A stretch of 63,871 bases of DNA, filler included, from Octopus bimaculoides (Eukaryota): assembly GCF_001194135.2 (NCBI RefSeq). It is 7 parts of 6 records of this genome, joined end to end, with 100 filler letters (N's around TTAATTAATTAA, not from the genome) between each part and the next. Parts side by side here need not be neighbours in the genome. Positions count along the whole stretch, not along the records: positions 19,849 to 46,902 come from NC_068999.1; 6 more parts are not named here. The stretch is one strand, 5' to 3'. Under the pieces are notes generated by a model. That model was not told the DNA's origin and did no database searches. It saw nothing but the letters and a program-made list of their open reading frames with translations. Each line of letters opens with the position of its first letter. The stretch's first letter is position 1. Below, in pieces: positions 25,540 through 38,380 of the stretch. The position numbers and the translations under genes were made by a program.

Positions 25540-26300
25540 ACGAATTTATATAAAAATACTTATTATACCAAGATAGAAAAATGTTGAACAATATTATTAA
25601 AAATAAATGTAAAACTTATCTTATCGAAAATTATAAACTTGACATTATTAACTTTACGTTTATTAAAATATAAACTAACAGAAGTATTAAATGCAAAGCT
25701 TATCTTAACGAATCTTTCGTTTAAAATACAATTTAAGCGAAGTTTTAGGTTAAACTAAAATTATAAAGTTATATTATTAACTTTACGTTTATTATAATAT
25801 AAACTAACAAAAATTAATTTATATAAATTAATTAATATAAACTAATTTATATAAAAATAATTATATCACCAATAAATAAAAGAAAAACATTTAACAAAAT
25901 TATTGAAACGAAATGCAAAACTTATCTAATCGAATCTTTAGTTTAGATAAAAGTTTTAATGTTATACTATTAACTTAGTTAGAAAATTAACTAATAATAA
26001 ATGAAATTATATAAAAATATTTATTTTACCAATAAAACAAAGAGAAATATTAAACAATATCATTGAAAATAAATGCAACACTAATCTAATCGAAGTTTTG
26101 GTTTAAACTAAAATGTTAAACTTTATACTATTAACTTAGTAGTGTTAAATAGGATATCAGCTAACATAAAAAATCAAGTGAATTTATATAAAAATACTTA
26201 TTTTACCAATAAATGGGAGAAAATCATTTAAGAATATTAGTGAAAATAAAAGCAATACTTATCTCAACGAAGCTATAGTTTAAACTAAAATTTTAAACGT
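25540..26300. repeat. Very AT-rich degenerate tandem repeat, about 160-180-bp unit, about 4-5 copies
   Basis: Recurring AATTTATATAAAAATACTTATTTTACCAA...AAATGCAA(A)ACTTATCTAATCGAA...TTTAAACTAAAA at about 25543, 25845, 26005 and 26181. Confidence 0.75.
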
Positions 26301-26345
26301 GGATTTTCATGGATGAGTTCATGAACTTTGGTTCTTTTCTCTAAA

Positions 26346-26391
<46 letters not shown>

Positions 26392-26413
26392 AGACACACA
26401 CACACGCACACGC

Positions 26414-26449
<36 letters not shown>

Positions 26450-27353
26450 CTGTGTGTGTAATGATAAAGATTAATTTTGTGTAACCGTTGGAATTAAGTT
26501 TGTAAACGATAGTATGGGAAACGATAGTTGATACACAGTAGGATGGAATGTAATCTGTTTGTAAAGGATTGGTTCTTCGTTGGTTACCACTATGTAATGA
26601 TGAAAGAACATTGATAGAAGTTGTGAAGAAACTATTTATTTTACCGTTACATTATACAATACCTTGCCTTGACGGGCGGGTGAAAAAATCCTAAAGCATG
26701 TGAAGTAAAAAAGGTCAATTTCGGCCTGTATGTTCTTATTGTAGTAGTAAACCATAGAGAGAGATATGGTAATGTGCAGAGAAGAGAAAGTGAGTTAGTG
26801 AAAGTGAGAGAGTGTGGGACGAAACAACTGCTCTGTTGGTAAGTTACCATAGTTGTTCTCTTTGTGCCCTTTTCTTTAGAGAAGGCGTTTGGTCAGCCGG
26901 TCAGCCAGACTCCGTTCTCTCTAACTGAGTTGTCACCAAGTGACTAACTGATTGAGTTGCCACGAGCCGACTAACTGAGTTGTCACCAAGTGACTAACTG
27001 ATTTGTGCTTGGGAGTTCTTGTTTTTATAACTATCCAGAAGGATAAACATATCGTTGAGAACAATGGATTTAGTTGGTGGTACTTGTTATCTTAATTCTA
27101 GCTTTTATTGAAGTAGAAGAGGTTAGAAAGGTCAAGTGGTGAAGACATTAATTCGGCCTAGCTAAGGCAATCTGGCAAATGTAAAACTGCTGTCACAGAA
27201 AAAAAATCATTGTTCCACTGTTAGAAAACTTCTGTTAAACTGTTACTTGAAATTTGGCTATGGTGGATCGAGTCCACTTCATGCCTGCAAGATCCACTAC
27301 ATCTATACATACATGCATACATGCATACATACATACATACATGCATACATACA

Positions 27354-27384
<31 letters not shown>

Positions 27385-27441
27385 GTGTGTGTGTGTGTGT
27401 GCGCGCGCGTGCGTGCGTGTTTGCGTGTGTGTGTGTATGTA

Positions 27442-27600
27442 TGTTGGTGTGTTTACGTCCCTGTAACGTAGCGGTTCGGCAAAAGAGACCGATAGAATAA
27501 GTAGGCTTACAAACAATAAGTCATGGGGTCGATTTCTTCGATTAAAGGTGGTGATCCAGCATGGCCGCAGTCAAATGACTGAAACAAGAAAAAGAAAAGA
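27442..27600 (+). mobile_element. SINE family B 3' half
   Basis: GGTGTGTTTACGTCCCTGTAACGTAGCGGTTCGGCAAAAGAG...GCATGGCCGCAGTCAAATGACTGAAACAAG. Confidence 0.85.
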
Positions 27601-27919
27601 TTCTTACATACATACATACATACATACATGTTTTTTAGTTTTCTCTATCGTTTCACTGGTTCCATGCTTTACTTAGGGGATTAGTGTCTGAAAAACGGTA
27701 CTAGAGACAATAAAACTTTTTTCTCAGTCTATATCTCTTTTTATCGCTATATACATTGAAACACACACACACACATGCTTTTGGGGACTGATGTCACTAG
27801 AGTAGAAAAATCTGCTTTTCTTTTGTTTTTTTAAAAAAATTCTATAAACTGTTGTTGCTAAAGTAGAGAAAATCTTTGGTTATTTACCATTAAAGAGAGT
27901 CCATTACATTTTTTAAGCA

Positions 27920-30861
27920 GTACAGGTCTTTGTAATTTGAAAGGTAGTCTCTTCATGCAAGATTGCTGGGAAGTGGAGTGGTATTAAGATGACAACGAAA
28001 AAGACCAAACATTTTAATAAACCTCCTAAGTGGAAAGTAGCAATACAAAAAGAGATTGAGTCTCTGCGGGCTGATGTATCAGTTCTCTATTAACTTGCTA
28101 GAGGAGTAAATATCAAGAAGAGAAAAGCTAGAAAAATCAAGCAAAACTATAACATCAAAGATTTTATAAACCTCCTTTCAACAAAGAAACTGTTGAAACA
28201 ATTTATATAGTTGAAAGCCCAAGGGCTTAGAAGGTATCATAAAAGAATCAAATTTTATCGACAAAACAAAATAATCAAGACAGATGCTAAGAAATTTCAT
28301 AGGGAAATTGGCAAAAATACGATAAAGAGTTAAAGGAGCTACCTAAGATTAAGGAAATTGAAAAGCTCTAGAAGATATGGAGCCACAAAAAAAAGTTTAA
28401 TGCTGATGCTGACTGGATAGAACGTGAGAAAGAGTCTGCATGAACTTGAAGGACAGAAGTGGGAAGCAATAGGAATAAAAGAGATAGAATAAAAGGACAG
28501 AAGTGGGAAGCAATAGGAATAAAAGAAATAAGGTGTGTTCTTAGATAGTCTCACAGATGGAAAACCCCAGGACTGGATAGGATCCCTAATTTCTGGCTGA
28601 ATTGTTTGACAGAAGTATACAAAAATCTCGCTGTATCTCTAATTGATGTCATTCAGAACCAAGAGCGAATACCTGTCTGGCTGACTGAAGGAACTACTTA
28701 CCTATTATCAAAAACGGAAGACACAAAAAATCCAAAGAATTACCGACCAATAGCATGTGTCTCAACACCACTTACAAGATCCTCACATCCATAATAACTG
28801 AAAGAATGTCCGCTTTCCTTGAACAAAACTCTATCCTTTCAGAAGCACAGAAAGGCTGTAAACGAAATTCTTATGGGTGCAAAGACCAATTGCTCATAAA
28901 TAGAACGGGTGTAGAGAATTGCCGGAGCAAAAAATAAGAACCCGAGTATGGCATGGATAGACTATAGGAAAGCGTTTGATAGTGCCTCACATAAATGGAT
29001 GTTCAAGGAGATCTCTCCTGTCGTCTTAAAATTCTTACAAAATAGAATGGCCAAGTGCAACATTATAGTAATGAGATGAGCCAATCAGACAGCAGCAATA
29101 TCAAACGAATCATCTTTTAAAGTGACTTCCTCTCTCCATTACTTTTTTGTATGACACTAATCCCACTCTCAAACGAATTGGATAACACTAGATATGGGTA
29201 CAAAATTTTCAATAAGATAATTAACTATCTTTTTTACATGGACGATTTGAAACTGTTTGGAAGGAATAATCAAGAACTAGAGGGGGTGTTAACAACTGTT
29301 AAAGAGTTTAGTAATGACATTGGGGTGGATTTTGGCCTCGATAAGTGTGCTAAAGCAACTTTTGTAAGAGGCAAGCTTAGACAAACAGCTTCCATTAAAT
29401 TAGATATCAACACTACCATCAAGGAACTTGATGCTAGTGTCGGAATAAACGGAGGAAAAAATAAGAAAGGAGTACTATAGGGAATAAAACTTGTACTGAA
29501 GGCTGAACTCGACTCTAAAAATCGCATCGAAGCTTTTCACATCCTGGCACGTCCAGCACAGTTTTACCATCATTAACTGTGATCCTACGGAACCGCAATT
29601 CATGAACAGAAAGACAAGAAGATTATTGACAGCCAAGAACATGTACCATCCCAAGGCAGACGGAGACAGTCTGTACCTACATAGAAGCAGTGAGGGTAGA
29701 GGAATAATGCAATTAGAACTGTGCTATAAGACATCCACTATAGGAATGAACAGGTACTTATCTAGTACTGAGAATTGGATGCTGCAACTTGTGTGCAAAC
29801 ATGAAAGCAGCAAAAAGTCACACTGTTGTCAAATAAGTTTATAAAATCGAAAGGGAACTTGGCATTAGCCATGAATTAGATGAGTAGCCTGAAACCACTG
29901 CTACGAAACGAGCAAAACGAATTAAGCAGTCTGCAAAAAAGAACGGGCAGAAACAAACTTAGAAGCGGTGGAGCCAGGAACCCCTGCATAGTCGATACAG
30001 TCTCTGAAGCCAAAATGCTAATGTCGATCAAGCAACAATCCAGTTGTTGACTGCGGAGTTCAGAATTGAAATCAGAGACTGAAGGCTTCACACTGGCAGC
30101 ATAAGATCAAAGCTTGCTTACTAGAATTACTAGGCTAACGTTCTTAAAAACGGTACTGACCCTAAATGTTGATTCTGCGACATATTTGACGAAACAATAG
30201 GCCATCTTGTTTCGGGACGTTCTGTGCTGACACCAAACGAACAAAAAAAAACGCCACGACAGGGTAGGACAGTATTTATACTGGAAAATATATAAGCACT
30301 ACAAAATCGATACCCCTTCTTACTGGTATAAACATTATCGTGAGCCAGTTGTTGAAGGTAAGAATGTCACCATCCTTACTAATCGACCAGACATAATTAT
30401 TAAAGACAGGGAAGGAAATACTTGCAGTATTTCCCACTGATAAAAATACATCTGTAATGGAATTTGACAAACTTAACACATACAAGGATCTGGAAACTGA
30501 AATACAAAAGATGTGGAATCTTAAAGCAAAAACTGTTTCTGTTATTGTAGGTGCTCTAGGTATGATAAAAACGGGATGCTAGAAACATTTAGACAACATC
30601 CCAGGAGAACAATGTCTCAAGGAAATCCAAAAGATTGTGCCGATAAGTACTGCCCACATCCTTAGAAAAACCCTATCAATTTAAATGTTTGCGTTGTATT
30701 TATATAGAAGTATTTTTATACTGCCCTCTTCACTTCTCGCTAAGCTTTCAGTTATATTTCAACATCTCTTAACCGTCACTTGCCCTAGGGTACTGGGTGT
30801 GCCCCAGCAAGTGATTGCATCAAACATGCAGATTAAAAGTAAACAACAGTAATAATAATAA
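27920..30861 (+). mobile_element. R4/Dong-clade non-LTR retrotransposon (RT, zinc knuckle and restriction-like endonuclease), 5'-truncated, decayed
   Basis: Ordered motifs: PKWKVAIQKEIESLR; WLTEGTTYLLSK..TKNPKNYRPIAC; QKGCKRNSYGCKDQLLIN; MAWIDYRKAFDS; NYLFYMDDLKLF; FGLDKCAK; HPKADGDSLYL.RSSEGRG; KSETEGF; KC*FC..DETIGHLVSG; RHDRVG; NRPDIII; KL.TYKDL; IVGALG; TAHILRKTLSI* (stop 30682-30684); 3' UTR ends in TAATAATAATAA. Confidence 0.92.
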
Positions 30862-30889
30862 CATTTAATGATTATTGTTGTATTTCGAG

Positions 30890-31129
30890 ATTCTTTTACT
30901 TGCTTCAGATTTGACTGCGGCCATGCTGGAGCACCACCTTTATTCAAGCAAATCAACCCCAGGACTTATTCTTTGTAAGCCTAATACTTATTCTATCAGA
31001 CTCTTTTGCCGAACCGCTAAGTTACGGGGACGTAAACACACCAGAATCGGTTGTCAAGCGGTGTTGGGAGGACAAACACAGACACACAAATACACACACG
31101 CACGCACACACACACACACACACACACAC
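30890..31129 (-). mobile_element. SINE family B 3' half (head lost in gap)
   Basis: TTTGACTGCGGCCATGCTGGAGCACC...TTTTGCCGAACCGCTAAGTTACGGGGACGTAAACACACC. Confidence 0.88.
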
Positions 31130-31298
31130 NNNNNNNNNNNNNNNNNNNNNNNNNNNNNNNNNNNNNNNNNNNNNNNNNNNNNNNNNNNNNNNNNNNNNNN
31201 NNNNNNNNNNNNNNNNNNNNNNNNNNNNNNNNNNNNNNNNNNNNNNNNNNNNNNNNNNNNNNNNNNNNNNNNNNNNNNNNNNNNNNNNNNNNNNNNNA

Positions 31299-31573
31299 CC
31301 ATACAACCACTCCTAGTCATTTTTCTTTCGCCAAATAAACACACGCACTATATATTCATTCTTCACTCGTCTATTACTGTTCTTATTCTAACTCATGTCC
31401 ATTGTCCGGAAATCTTTCGTCATACATCTGTGACCTTCTCAGCGACACTTTCCGTCTTCGTGTGAGTTCTTGTTCTGCTTATTCCATTCTGTACTTGTAT
31501 GATGGGTATCCTTATATGTGCATACGTCTGTACATGTGTATGTGTGTGTGTGTGAGTGTTGTGTGTGTGAGTG

Positions 31574-31612
<39 letters not shown>

Positions 31613-32430
31613 ATTGTTCTTCCCTCAGCCCTGTCCTCTACCCTGTTGCCGCTGCAACTGCCCTTGAACCTGACTTCTGTACCATTCTTGTAACTCACTG
31701 TGTTTGTGTGTTCGTCCACGCTGTTGCCGTCATGGTAGATGTTGTTGTTAGTCGTGTTGTTGATGTTGTTGCTGCCTTCTGTGAAGTTACAGTATATGTC
31801 TTCATGTGTGCATATGGGTTCGCTTCCTATTTTGTTTGTATCCATACCCTTTATACAGTTTTTTTCTTTTAACGTCTCTAATTAAAAAACATTATCATAG
31901 GCATGTGCATATAAGTCTATTGTATGTGTATTACGCTCTCTGTAGCTGTTTTCTTTTTTCCCTTTCAGTTTTTAGTCCGTAGTAAAGTAGTAGAAAGGCC
32001 TGGCGCCCCAATAAAATCCCTGATCTGTAGAACTTATCTATTCGATAGGTGTCCATCTACGGAGAACAATTGTATTTTATGTAGGATGAACCCATAAGTT
32101 AACTGTAAGGTTAGGAATATAATGCATAGTTTACGATGTGCTGGGAGACGGTGCAGAAGCAAAACCACTACTTACATTACAGAGACGACACGCAGCATTA
32201 CTATATAGGAGAACACTGACGAGAACTCAAAGAAGAGAAAGGCTTGTCAGTGCTCTACCAACATGCTCAAGCAGTTCATAGTGGCCCAGTCAATAGCATA
32301 GAGGTCAAAGAATTAGCAACGCATAGAACTGACACGACACTTAGGCTACACACATAGCGATAGACAGACCGAGCCTCAACAGAAAACGCGAATAGACCCC
32401 TCCACCACTACACCACACATGACGACTAAG
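31299..32430 (+). mobile_element. Second Penelope-like copy: inverted pLTR followed by GIY-YIG relic
   Basis: The left part is homologous to 15830-16060; 32100-32400 reads NCKVRNIMHSLRCAGRRC....TYITETTRSI and shares CTCTACCAACATGCTCA and TAGACAGACCGAGCCTCAAC with 16256-16545. Confidence 0.78.
31403..31447 (-). ncRNA. Minimal hammerhead ribozyme motif, degenerate core
   Basis: The minus strand reads UGUCG CUGAGAAG GUCAC-AGAUGU-AUGAC GAA AGAUUU C CGGACA. Confidence 0.55.
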
Positions 32431-32926
32431 AATCAGAAAAAGAATCAGGAACTGCTCAAAGAATTCCATCCATAAAGACGAAACTTTAACTTATACAGCC
32501 TCTGTGAAATTACTTTCAGACTCACACATTAAGTTCATCGAATCCCTAGTATCCGCTAAGTAGGCCGTCTTTTTCAATCCAACAAAGTCTTTATTTAGAA
32601 CATTCACTTCAATAAGAGAGTTCCCAAGTCTTGCCCTATTATTGATTACCAAAGCATTTTCTTCAGATAATTTTCAAATTCACACACTCTTTTTACCAAA
32701 TTATACTTTGATTAACCTATTTATCTAACCTTCTCTGACTGGATATTGATTTAAACCAGTTACACAAAGGAAAAGGACTAACAAAACAATACTGATGACA
32801 ACAATAAAGAAGTTACAACAACAACAACAACAGTACTGTCTTTTAATTTAGTTGGATACAACTAAATATTACAGGGCAGTGTATTCCCTAATTCTGTCAT
32901 CCACCTCTCGAATAACAACAGCGATA

Positions 32927-33260
32927 ATATTAATTGACTCTAACATAGAGGAAACGGGGTTAACAGATTAAATCGACATCCTACTTGACTTCTACTTTAT
33001 TTCATCGATCCAGGAAGGGTGAAAGACACAGTGGACCTCAGTGGAATTTGATCTCAGAATGTAAAGAGTTGAAAGCATTTCGTCTGACATTTTAACGATT
33101 ATGTCAATAAGAACTTCTAATATTGATACAAGATCACATGTTTGGTGACAGAATAATCGGTTAATCCTGTATAACTGGTACTTATTTTATTAAACCTAAT
33201 GAGATGAAAGACGAAGAGGAACCTGCCGGGATTTGAACTCAAAATGTTAAACGGCCTAAC
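32927..33260 (-). mobile_element. Two old SINE family A copies in tandem
   Basis: GACCTCAGTGGAATTTGATCTCAGAATGT and ACTGGTACTTATTTTAT...GGATTTGAACTCAAAATGT. Confidence 0.65.
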
Positions 33261-33413
33261 TAAATATTTTACTATTTTCATTTTTGTAGTTAGGGGATAG
33301 AAAGTATATAAGACTAATCCAAATACTATCCAAAGACGATAGTTCTTACCTGATCATTACAATGGCATGAAACTCAAGCTGTGAGAAAAGGAATTCAGCT
33401 GAAATACTTGTGC

Positions 33414-33423
<10 letters not shown>

Positions 33424-33450
<27 letters not shown>

Positions 33451-33529
33451 GGGGTGAGAGAGAAAGAAAGAAAGGGAGAAAGAAAGAAGAAAAGAGAGAG
33501 CGAGAGAAAAAGAGAGAGAGAGAGGGAGG

Positions 33530-33560
<31 letters not shown>

Positions 33561-33645
33561 GGGGAGAGAGANNNNNNNNNNAAGGGAGAAAGAAAGAAGA
33601 AAAGAGAGAGCGAGAGAAAAAGAGAGAGAGAGAGAGGGAGGGAGG

Positions 33646-33691
<46 letters not shown>
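33424..33691. repeat. GA-rich microsatellite, partly duplicated across a 10-N gap
   Basis: Direct reading; AAGGGAGAAAGAAAGAAGAAAAGAGAGAGCGAG occurs at 33472 and 33582. Confidence 0.95.
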
Positions 33692-33693
<2 letters not shown>

Positions 33694-34102
33694 TTAGAAG
33701 GAAAAATTGCTCAGACACACTTATGGTGATGGTTGAAGTTATTGCAGCGATGGAATTGTGGGAATGGATAAGAAACCAGACTTAAAGCATGTAACTGAGG
33801 CACACATCTATTTGACTGACACATAGACACTCAAACAAATATGAACAATGACAAACATACAAATGTAACAACAACGTCATCAATTACAACGACCATATGT
33901 AGCGGATAAATGCATAAGTGAAGAACAATATTAATTGTTTGTTGAGATGGCCATTTTATTTATATGATTATGATGGTCGTTACAATGTAGAAAATACAAC
34001 TGCTTCGAGTTGTTTGTGTGCACAGCTTGTTAGTTGTTGCAGTAAACAAATTGCCGTTAGTTCCATGGGCCATTGTGTAGATAGTAAATTCATCTGTGTG
34101 AA

Positions 34103-34164
<62 letters not shown>

Positions 34165-34604
34165 GCAGACAGACAGAGACAGAGAGAGAGGGGTAAGTAA
34201 ATTAGGTCAAGCTAAAGCAAAAGATTTCTCCTCTGTATCAGTTCTGCCATATGTATGACTCGTGAAAGATCAAGAGATCATATTATTCTCATAAATTTCC
34301 TAGTGCAACAGGCGAAAGCATAAAAGCCAACGTTTTGTAGGGAACTGTGGATTCAGTTTCAAATCCTAGCTTAGAAATTTGGTAGCTATCCGCTACACAC
34401 ATAAATACATATGTATACGCAAGACATTATGCATGTGATCAAGTACCGTCTCCAAAATATCATCATGGTAAAGCTCTTCCAATGAAGCGTTAGGACACAA
34501 CTAAAGTAATCTATTACGCCATCCATAGGAAGGTATGAATTAAAATGTATACACAATTAGCAATTAGCTATCACTACAACAGAGCACAGTGGGAGAACCT
34601 TAAC

Positions 34605-34768
34605 GTAATCACTAGACTTGTTAAAAGTTGTTGCCAAATCTTCCTCAGTTACACGGCTGTCTTAAATTAGGAAGGGACGTATTAAACATTGAAATGAGGT
34701 AGTCATGGCTGGAATTCGTTCACTCATAGGTTTGCTCGATTAGGGCTGAGATAAGACAGAACAACTAC
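34605..34768 (+). mobile_element. Short interspersed repeat family C
   Basis: GCCAAATCTTCCTCA...GTCATGGCTGGAAT...ATAGGTTTGCTCGATTAGGGCTGA. Confidence 0.5.
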
Positions 34769-37073
34769 CACTACCATCACATAGACCCCGTGTAGAATAA
34801 ACCACAGTCAGTTGGTATTTCATTACTTCCCTACTTCTACCTCTGTCATTAAGAACGAATTACTGAGACAACATTGCCGTTTTACATTTTATGTGCCTTT
34901 AATAGGTTCTGATTTTAATGCCTGTTGTTTGACAGATAGGTTTCCTTTTTACAGCTACGTTAGGTTCCTCCAATTTCAAAACATTGATTTTCTTACCATG
35001 CCAAATGGCATATATCCAATGACAATGCATAATGATTACTTATCTAATCCATATATTCATCTATTTAATCCCGTCCATTGGTGTATCATATAACGAAGTA
35101 TTTTAAAGAGAATTAACTAATCTACAGTGAACACATATATAAACAGCTTTTTCAGAATATAAATTAATACATGCACACACACGCACATACACACGGAGAT
35201 ACAGAAAAAAAACATACATACTCACCTCTCCACCGCATACACTCACACACATACATGATGGTTGTATAAAAAATAATGCAAAAGTGGGTATAACTTTTTG
35301 AATCTCTTCTGTTTGGCTGCCATTTTCCAATTTCTTTAATTTTTGTTCCAATTGATTTCATATTTTGGTGTATTAATGTAGTTTTGTATGTTAATCATTG
35401 ACATGAAATTTATTTTCACCCCAAATCAATAAATAATGAGTTAATAGCTTTTAAAGTTTGCAAGTTTTGGGTAAATTTAGCTAATCGAAAGTTACAGACA
35501 TATAAGTGTCTGTTTCCGTAGTATCAAGTCAAGCTGTTAACAAGCTGCTTACTCTTCTGTTGTCCTGTCAAGCCACGTGGTCATTTTTGCTAATTAAATG
35601 CTTAAAACACGAGGTATGAGGTGGTTGGGTGATGTGTTAAATAGGCCTTAAATCACGTACCAAAAAAAAAAAAAAAAAATTATGTATGTTTTTGCATAAT
35701 CGTATGAATTATCGCTTGCAGACTACAAATTCGCAGACATTTTCTAAAAATTCCAAAAATAAAAAAAAAGTTATGAGGGTTTATATATCGTGCATAAAGC
35801 AGAATTCTGCCAATATTTCATTTCTTTATTATTGACAACTCGTGCAGTCACGCACAAAATCCTGTTTTCTGACTGGGTAAAAATGATCAAACTTTAAACC
35901 ANNNNNNNNNNNNNNNNNNNNNNNNNNNNNNNNNNNNNNNNNNNNNNNNNNNNNNNNNNNNNNNNNNNNNNNNNNNNNNNNNNNNNNNNNNNNNNNNNNN
36001 NNNNNNNNNNNNNNNNNNNNNNNNNNNNNNNNNNNNNNNNNNNNNNNNNNNNNNNNNNNNNNNNNNNNNNNNNNNNNNNNNNNNNNNNNNNNNNNNNNNN
36101 NNNNNNNNNNNNNNNNNNNNNNNNNNNNNNNNNNNNNNNNNNNNNNNNNNNNNNNNNNNNNNNNNNNNNNNNNNNNNNNNNNNNNNNNNNNNNNNNNNNN
36201 NNNNNNNNNNNNNNNNNNNNNNNNNNNNNNNNNNNNNNNNNNNNNNNNNNNNNNNNNNNNNNCTGTACAGTTTTCTTTTTTCTTTTCTTTTTTTATGCTA
36301 TTGAAGGAGATAAAATTGGTATGATTCCACTGGAGAATGTTTTCAAGGTGTTCAGATTCTATGTAGAAGATCTCTAGGCACAGAAGGTCAGGTAGCAATA
36401 AATGTAGTATCTGTAGCATTTTTGGAGTTGTTGGCAAGTTGGTCATTGCTGTTCAGAAAGAAGAATATAACGGGGCAAAATCGAACCTAGAAAGGAAAAG
36501 CCAATTCGCGAGATGAGACCCCTTTAATTTCGCTCAGATTGCTTTCAATTTTGGTGTATCGATGCAATTCTGAATTTTGATTACGCTCAACCAATTACTT
36601 TATCTCGTAAATTAAAGAATCTGATGTTATTTGGAATTAAAGTTGGGAAATTTGGGTAATTTTAGTTAATCAACAGATAGTGTGGTATTAGCAGCTTGTT
36701 ACCATGACAACCGCACGCTGCGTTGTGTTTCACTTCACCCGTGTCTTTGCTGCACGTAATCAATAGCGTGAAACGCCATCTTTGTGACTTGGATGTTAAC
36801 CCATGTCACTGCAAATATAGCAAAAGTTGTTTATGAAGGTGAATGGACAGTATTGCCAACCTTCAGGGACTCCTTAACTCAGATAGCTGGATTTATGATT
36901 TCACTAGGTTAATTCTATTCATAAAATTAGGAGTATTTCTTAAGCCGTTAGCTTCACATTTCTTTTTCTTGCGACAAATTCTTTGTTGACCAGTGTAATT
37001 CTTATCGTAGTTTAAAAATCCAAGCATGAAAACGTTACTCAACTTTGGAGTTTTGGAGACAGACGCCCCCTTT

Positions 37074-37117
<44 letters not shown>

Positions 37118-38107
37118 NNNNNNNNNNNNNNNNNNNNNNNNNNNNNNNNNNNNNNNNNNNNNNNNNNNNNNNNNNNNNNNNNNNNNNNNNNNNNNNNNNN
37201 NNNNNNNNNNNNNNNNNNNNNNNNNNNNNNNNNNNNNNNNNNNNNNNNNNNNNNNNNNNNNNNNNNNNNNNNNNNNNNNNNNNNNNNNNNNNNNNNNNNN
37301 NNNNNNNNNNNNNNNNNNNNNNNNNNNNNNNNNNNNNNNNNNNNNNNNNNNNNNNNNNNNNNNNNNNNNNNNNNNNNNNNNNNNNNNNNNNNNNNNNNNN
37401 NNNNNNNNNNNNNNNNNNNNNNNNNNNNNNNNNNNNNNNNNNNNNNNNNNNNNNNNNNNNNNNNNNNNNNNNNNNNNNNNNNNNNNNNNNNNNNNNNNNN
37501 NNNNNNNNNNNNNNNNNNNNNNNNNNNNNNNNNNNNNNNNNNNNNNNNNNNNNNNNNNNNNNNNNNNNNNNNNNNNNNNNNNNNNNNNNNNNNNNNNNNN
37601 NNNNNNNNNNNNNNNNNNNNNNNNNNNNNNNNNNNNNNNNNNNNNNNNNNNNNNNNNNNNNNNNNNNNNNNNNNNNNNNNNNNNNNNNNNNNNNNNNNNN
37701 NNNNNNNNNNNNNNNNNNNNNNNNNNNNNNNNNNNNNNNNNNNNNNNNNNNNNNNNNNNNNNNNNNNNNNNNNNNNNNNNNNNNNNNNNNNNNNNNNNNN
37801 NNNNNNNNNNNNNNNNNNNNNNNNNNNNNNNNNNNNNNNNNNNNNNNNNNNNNNNNNNNNNNNNNNNNNNNNNNNNNNNNNAATATCATATTTATTCACC
37901 GAAGAACTTGGGAGGGTTTGTTTGAAGAAAAGGTTTCACTTCTACATCTCGCAATTGCAAACTTCTAATCAAACATGCAAGATTACCTAAAGACACATTT
38001 AGGATTTCGAATAGAGACAGTAGCTGAAAATAAAAAAGAGAAAAAACTAAGCATTTTTTATTCAAATTTTAATATGGTATGAAAATTGGAATTTTCTTCT
38101 TATTAAA

Positions 38108-38147
<40 letters not shown>

Positions 38148-38155
38148 AAGAGAGG

Positions 38156-38218
<63 letters not shown>

Positions 38219-38380
38219 AATACGATATTATTTTCATCAAAAATACTTCCACATCTAGAAAACATCTCCCCAAAACATCTGTAACAATTAAATTTTAATG
38301 TCATAATGCAATGGAGAAATTATGAAAGAACAATATTTATTATGATGGCCATTTTAAAGAAATTTGTTAATATCTACTTA

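Noticed and set aside
25000-26300. Mitochondrial insertion (NUMT)
   Set aside because: No recognisable mitochondrial gene, rRNA or tRNA motif was found by eye; only the base composition is similar.
33472-33690. Duplicated GA-rich block and an RE-repeat protein ORF
   Set aside because: Microsatellite translation, duplicated across a 10-N gap.
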